This document shows positions 60,754 through 64,000 of a stretch of 64,000 nucleotides of DNA, piece after piece (positions within the stretch are counted from its first letter, which is position 1; each line of letters begins with the position of its first letter). Made by a program: the position numbers and the translations under genes. A model generated the notes under the pieces. That model searched no databases, was not told the DNA's origin, and saw only the letters and a program-made list of their open reading frames with translations. The stretch comes from Candidatus Dormiibacterota bacterium. Its GTDB lineage: Bacteria > Chloroflexota > Dormibacteria > Aeolococcales > Aeolococcaceae. The stretch covers positions 160,001 to 224,000 of the forward strand of contig CAVPXI010000023.1 of NCBI GenBank assembly GCA_963709585.1, in the 5' to 3' direction.

Positions 60754-61026
60754 ATGCCGCGCAGAATCTGCGCACGGGTGGGATGCGACGAGCCGGTGCA
60801 CAAGCCGACGGCGAAGTACTGCAGCATCAAGTGCTGCTCGATCGATCCCGCGCGTCACGAGCGGTTGCGCAACCAGGCACGCCGCGCGTCCGCACGTCCG
60901 ATCCCGATGCTGCGTCAACTCCGGTTCGAGTTCCAGGCCACAGGCTTCGACCCCGAGGCGCAACTGACCGTGCTGTGTCAGTCACGCGAGGACGTCCCCT
61001 CGGGCATGTCCCGCCTCACCGGCTGA
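60754..61026 (+). CDS. Small Cys-rich putative zinc-finger protein
   Basis: MPRRICARVGCDEPVHKPTAKYCSIKCCS; TTGACA and TACACT boxes upstream. Confidence 0.6.
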   Translation: MPRRICARVGCDEPVHKPTAKYCSIKCCSIDPARHERLRNQARRASARPIPMLRQLRFEFQATGFDPEAQLTVLCQSREDVPSGMSRLTG

Positions 61027-61082
61027 CGCACACACCCAGATCACCGAGCGCCGTCGGGTGGACTGCGTAGAATCGGCGTCGC

Positions 61083-62903
61083 ATGCCAGACGAGATCGTC
61101 GACGACGCCGCTGAGGCTGGCGCACCACTTCCAGCGCCTGCCGAGCCCACTCTCGAGATCCTTCGCCATAGCGCCGCCCACCTGATGGCGGCCGCGGTGG
61201 TCGATTTGTTTCCCGGCGCCCAGTACGACGTCGGGCCTGCGATCGAAGACGGCTTCTTCTACAACTTCCGCCTCCCCGGTGGACAGCACTTCGTGGACGA
61301 CGACCTCCAGCGGATCGAGTCACGCATGAACGTTCTCTCCGGCAGGAAGATCGCGTTCGTGCAGGAGGAGGTGCCGCGTTCGCAGGCGGTCGAGATGTTC
61401 ACCGCCATGCACCAGGACTTCAAGGTGGACATCGTCAACCGGCTGCCCGACGATGTCGCCACGGTCAGCATCTACCGGACCGGCGAGTTCGTCGACCTGT
61501 GCCGTGGCCCGCACGTTCCTGACACCGGGTGGCTCGCGGCTGTGCATGTGCTCCGCATCGCCGGCGTGTACTGGCGCGGCGACGCGCGCAACGAGCAGCT
61601 GCAACGCGTATACGGCACGGCGTGGTTCACGAGGGACGAGCTCGATGCGTACATGCACCGTCTCGAGGAGGCCCGCAAACGCGACCACCGGCGGCTCGGC
61701 GCCGAGCTCGACCTGTTCTCGTTCCCGGACGAGATCGGCTCGGGGCTGCCGGTGTTCCATCCCAATGGCGGGCTCGTGCGCAAGCTCATGGAGGACTACT
61801 CACGCCAGCGCCACGAGGAAGCCGGCTACTCCTTCGTGAACACCCCGCACATCACCAAGGAGGACCTCTTCAAGGTCTCCGGGCACCTCGAGTGGTTCGC
61901 CGAAGGGATGTTCCCACCCATGGAGCTCGACGAGGGCACGAAGTACTACCTCAAGCCGATGAACTGCCCGATGCACATCCTCATCTATCAGAGCCGGATG
62001 CGCTCGTACCGCGAATTGCCCTTGCGGCTCTTCGAATTCGGCAGTGTCTATCGCTACGAGAAGTCGGGCGTGATCCATGGGCTCACCCGGGTGCGCGGGC
62101 TCACCATGGACGACGCGCACATCTTCTGTTCGCGCGAGCAGATGATGGACGAGCTCATCTCCCTGCTCGACTTCACTCTGGGGCTGCTTCGCGATTTCGG
62201 GCTCACCGACTTCTACCTCGAGCTCTCGACCCGACCCGAGCACAAGGCGGTCGGCACGGTGGAGGAGTGGGACGTCGCAACTGGCGCCCTCCGCCTCGCC
62301 GCCGAGGGTCGCAACCTCGAGCTCGTGCTCGACGAGGGTGGCGGCGCGTTCTACGGGCCTAAGATCTCGGTGCAGGCGCGGGACGCAATCGGACGGACGT
62401 GGCAGATGTCGACGATTCAGGTCGACTTCCAGTTCCCGCAGCGATTCGACTTGCACTTCGTCGATGACAGCGGCGCCGAGCAGCAGCCGATCATGATCCA
62501 CCGCGCGCTGTTCGGCTCCATCGAACGCTTCTTCGGGATTCTGCTCGAACATTACGCCGGCCATTTCCCGCTCTGGCTCGCCCCGGTGCAGTGTGCGATC
62601 GTCCCGGTCCAGGACGACAGTGACGAGGTGATGGCATACATCCGCAGTCTCGCCGCGGCCATGCGCGACCGGGGCTTGCGCGCGTCGATCGACGAACGTC
62701 ATGGCGAACGTATGCAGGCGCGCGTGCGTGATGCGGAACTCAAGCGTATTCCCTACGTGGTGGTCATCGGCAAGCGCGACGTTGAGCGCGGTGACGGCGT
62801 GATTCGTGTCCGGGACGTGCGCCGCAACGCGCAGGAGGATGTCTCGACGGGCGCGCTCATCGATCGTCTGGCCGCCGAGGTGAGCGAGCGGCGTCCCGAG
62901 TGA
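61083..62903 (+). CDS. thrS: Threonine--tRNA ligase (short form, no TGS domain)
   Basis: RHSAAH, DLCRGPH, RDHRRLG, KPMNCP.H, LTRVRG, AFYGPK, IHRA.FGSIERF. Confidence 0.98.
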   Translation: MPDEIVDDAAEAGAPLPAPAEPTLEILRHSAAHLMAAAVVDLFPGAQYDVGPAIEDGFFYNFRLPGGQHFVDDDLQRIESRMNVLSGRKIAFVQEEVPRSQAVEMFTAMHQDFKVDIVNRLPDDVATVSIYRTGEFVDLCRGPHVPDTGWLAAVHVLRIAGVYWRGDARNEQLQRVYGTAWFTRDELDAYMHRLEEARKRDHRRLGAELDLFSFPDEIGSGLPVFHPNGGLVRKLMEDYSRQRHEEAGYSFVNTPHITKEDLFKVSGHLEWFAEGMFPPMELDEGTKYYLKPMNCPMHILIYQSRMRSYRELPLRLFEFGSVYRYEKSGVIHGLTRVRGLTMDDAHIFCSREQMMDELISLLDFTLGLLRDFGLTDFYLELSTRPEHKAVGTVEEWDVATGALRLAAEGRNLELVLDEGGGAFYGPKISVQARDAIGRTWQMSTIQVDFQFPQRFDLHFVDDSGAEQQPIMIHRALFGSIERFFGILLEHYAGHFPLWLAPVQCAIVPVQDDSDEVMAYIRSLAAAMRDRGLRASIDERHGERMQARVRDAELKRIPYVVVIGKRDVERGDGVIRVRDVRRNAQEDVSTGALIDRLAAEVSERRPE

Positions 62904-63496
62904 GACGGGTCCGGCCCCGCAGCGCGCAGGAAACTCTCTCTACCCGCGCGCCACTTCGCGGCGAGGCCAAGCTGCGCGCCGCGCTCACCGGATTCGACGT
63001 GCGCGTCGCCGGGAGGGTCTGCCTCGACCTCGGCGCGGCGGCCGGTGGCTTCACTCGGGTCCTGCTCGAGGCGGGCGCGTCGCGCGTGTACGCGGTCGAC
63101 GCGGGGTTCGGTCAGCTGCTCGGATCGCTCCGCCAGGATCCGCGCGTCGTGAACCTCGAGGCTACCAACGTGGCCGCCCTCGACACTCGCCTTGTTCCCG
63201 ATCCGATCGAGGTGGTCGCCATCGACGTCTCGTACCTTGCACTGGCTGCCGCGGTCGTCCAGCTCGATCGCATCACGATCGCATCAGACGCGGACCTGAT
63301 CGGCCTCGTCAAGCCGATGTTCGAGCTCCGACTGGCGACAGCTCCGTCCGACCCGCTGATCGTCGACGCCGCGACCGAGCGTGCCTCGGCGGGCATCGTC
63401 GCAGCCGGTTGGGAGGTCATGAGCGCCATGCCATCGCCGGTGCTCGGTGGGCGTGGGGCAGTCGAGGCCCTGGTGCACGCCCGGAGATCACGATGA
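62900..63496 (+). CDS. TlyA-like methyltransferase lacking the S4 domain
   Basis: RGEAKL, CLDLGAAAGGFT, YAVDAG.GQL, DVSY, LVKPMFE, G.RGAVE. Confidence 0.85.
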   Translation: MRRVRPRSAQETLSTRAPLRGEAKLRAALTGFDVRVAGRVCLDLGAAAGGFTRVLLEAGASRVYAVDAGFGQLLGSLRQDPRVVNLEATNVAALDTRLVPDPIEVVAIDVSYLALAAAVVQLDRITIASDADLIGLVKPMFELRLATAPSDPLIVDAATERASAGIVAAGWEVMSAMPSPVLGGRGAVEALVHARRSR

Positions 63497-63559
63497 CCTC
63501 GCGGCAGGTTTGGGGGCTCCGCGCGCGTGTTATATTCAGCGGCCGACGCCCATGGTTGG

Positions 63560-63663
63560 GCGCCGCAAAGCAGGACCGCCAGGTACGGCCCTCACCTTCC
63601 GGGCTTGCCTTGAAGGTCCAGCACCCGAACCCTGGATAGCGGAACCGCTGTCCAGTTTTTTAT
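63560..63663 (+). ncRNA. L20-leader-like cis-regulatory RNA with terminator hairpin
   Basis: AAGCAG...CTCACC segment, then CTGGATAGCGG-AA-CCGCTGTCCAG-TTTTTT (63632-63661), directly upstream of infC. Confidence 0.65.
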
Positions 63664-63684
63664 ATCCACAAGGAGGCCGCGCCG

Positions 63685-64000
63685 ATCGCATTCCGAGAGC
63701 TCAGGGTCAACGACCAGATTCGCATCCCCACGGTCCGGCTGTTTGACGACACCACCGGCGAACAGCTGGGAATCGTGACCATCGAACGAGCGCGAGAGCT
63801 CGCCGCCCAACGTGAACTCGACCTGGTCGAGGTGGCACCTCAGGCCCAACCGCCGGTGTGCCGCCTCATGGACTACGGGCGCTTCAAGTTCGAAGCCCTG
63901 AAGAAGGAGAAGGAAAGCCGCAAAGAGCACAACACCATCAACGTCAAGGAGATGAAGCTGCGTCCGAAGATCTCGGAGCACGACTTCCAGACCAAGTTCG
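63685..64000 (+). CDS. infC: Translation initiation factor IF-3 (ATC start, 3' truncated by window)
   Basis: AGGAGG at 63671-63676, ATC 8 nt later; RVNDQIR.PTVRL, LDLVEVAP.A.PPVCRLMDYGRFKF, VKEMKLRPKI.EHD. Confidence 0.95.
   Translation, partial: MAFRELRVNDQIRIPTVRLFDDTTGEQLGIVTIERARELAAQRELDLVEVAPQAQPPVCRLMDYGRFKFEALKKEKESRKEHNTINVKEMKLRPKISEHDFQTKF

Noticed and set aside
61027-61082. T-box riboswitch before thrS (and before alaS)
   Set aside because: The intergenic gaps are too short and lack the T-box sequence; -10 hexamers lie right before the starts
1-64000. CRISPR array, rRNA or IS transposase
   Set aside because: No regularly spaced repeats, rRNA signatures or transposase motifs noticed by eye

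Overview
High-GC bacterial chromosome segment. The gene order mixes Actinobacteria-like and Firmicutes-like blocks, which would fit Ca. Dormibacterota or a Chloroflexota relative (inference only). Positions 1-33.7 kb are a long plus-strand housekeeping run: hisS, aspS, an RsbW-like/SigB-F pair, alaS, an orphan FtsA-like ATPase with a membrane partner, ruvX, aro genes, efp, nusB, xseAB, tlyA, nadK, recN, scpAB, rluB, cmk, dinG, a split NAD synthetase, rsmI, tatD, rsmA and an MFS gene, ending in tRNA-Val(GAC). Positions 33.7-60.3 kb are accessory. They hold an SOS-boxed DUF222/HNH gene, a non-phosphorylative sugar-acid catabolic cluster and transporters. They also hold the most striking locus, a compact cyclic-nucleotide module: two zinc-ribbon/class III cyclase/STAND-NTPase/TPR proteins flank an MFS transporter fused to a cNMP-binding domain and a divergent metallo-beta-lactamase-fold putative phosphodiesterase. 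The window ends with a DnaA-box-like repeat cluster, thrS, an S4-less TlyA paralog, an L20-leader-like attenuator and infC with an ATC start. About a dozen single-base frameshifts, including in housekeeping genes, look like long-read errors rather than pseudogenes. All calls are from motif reading by eye; no searches were run.
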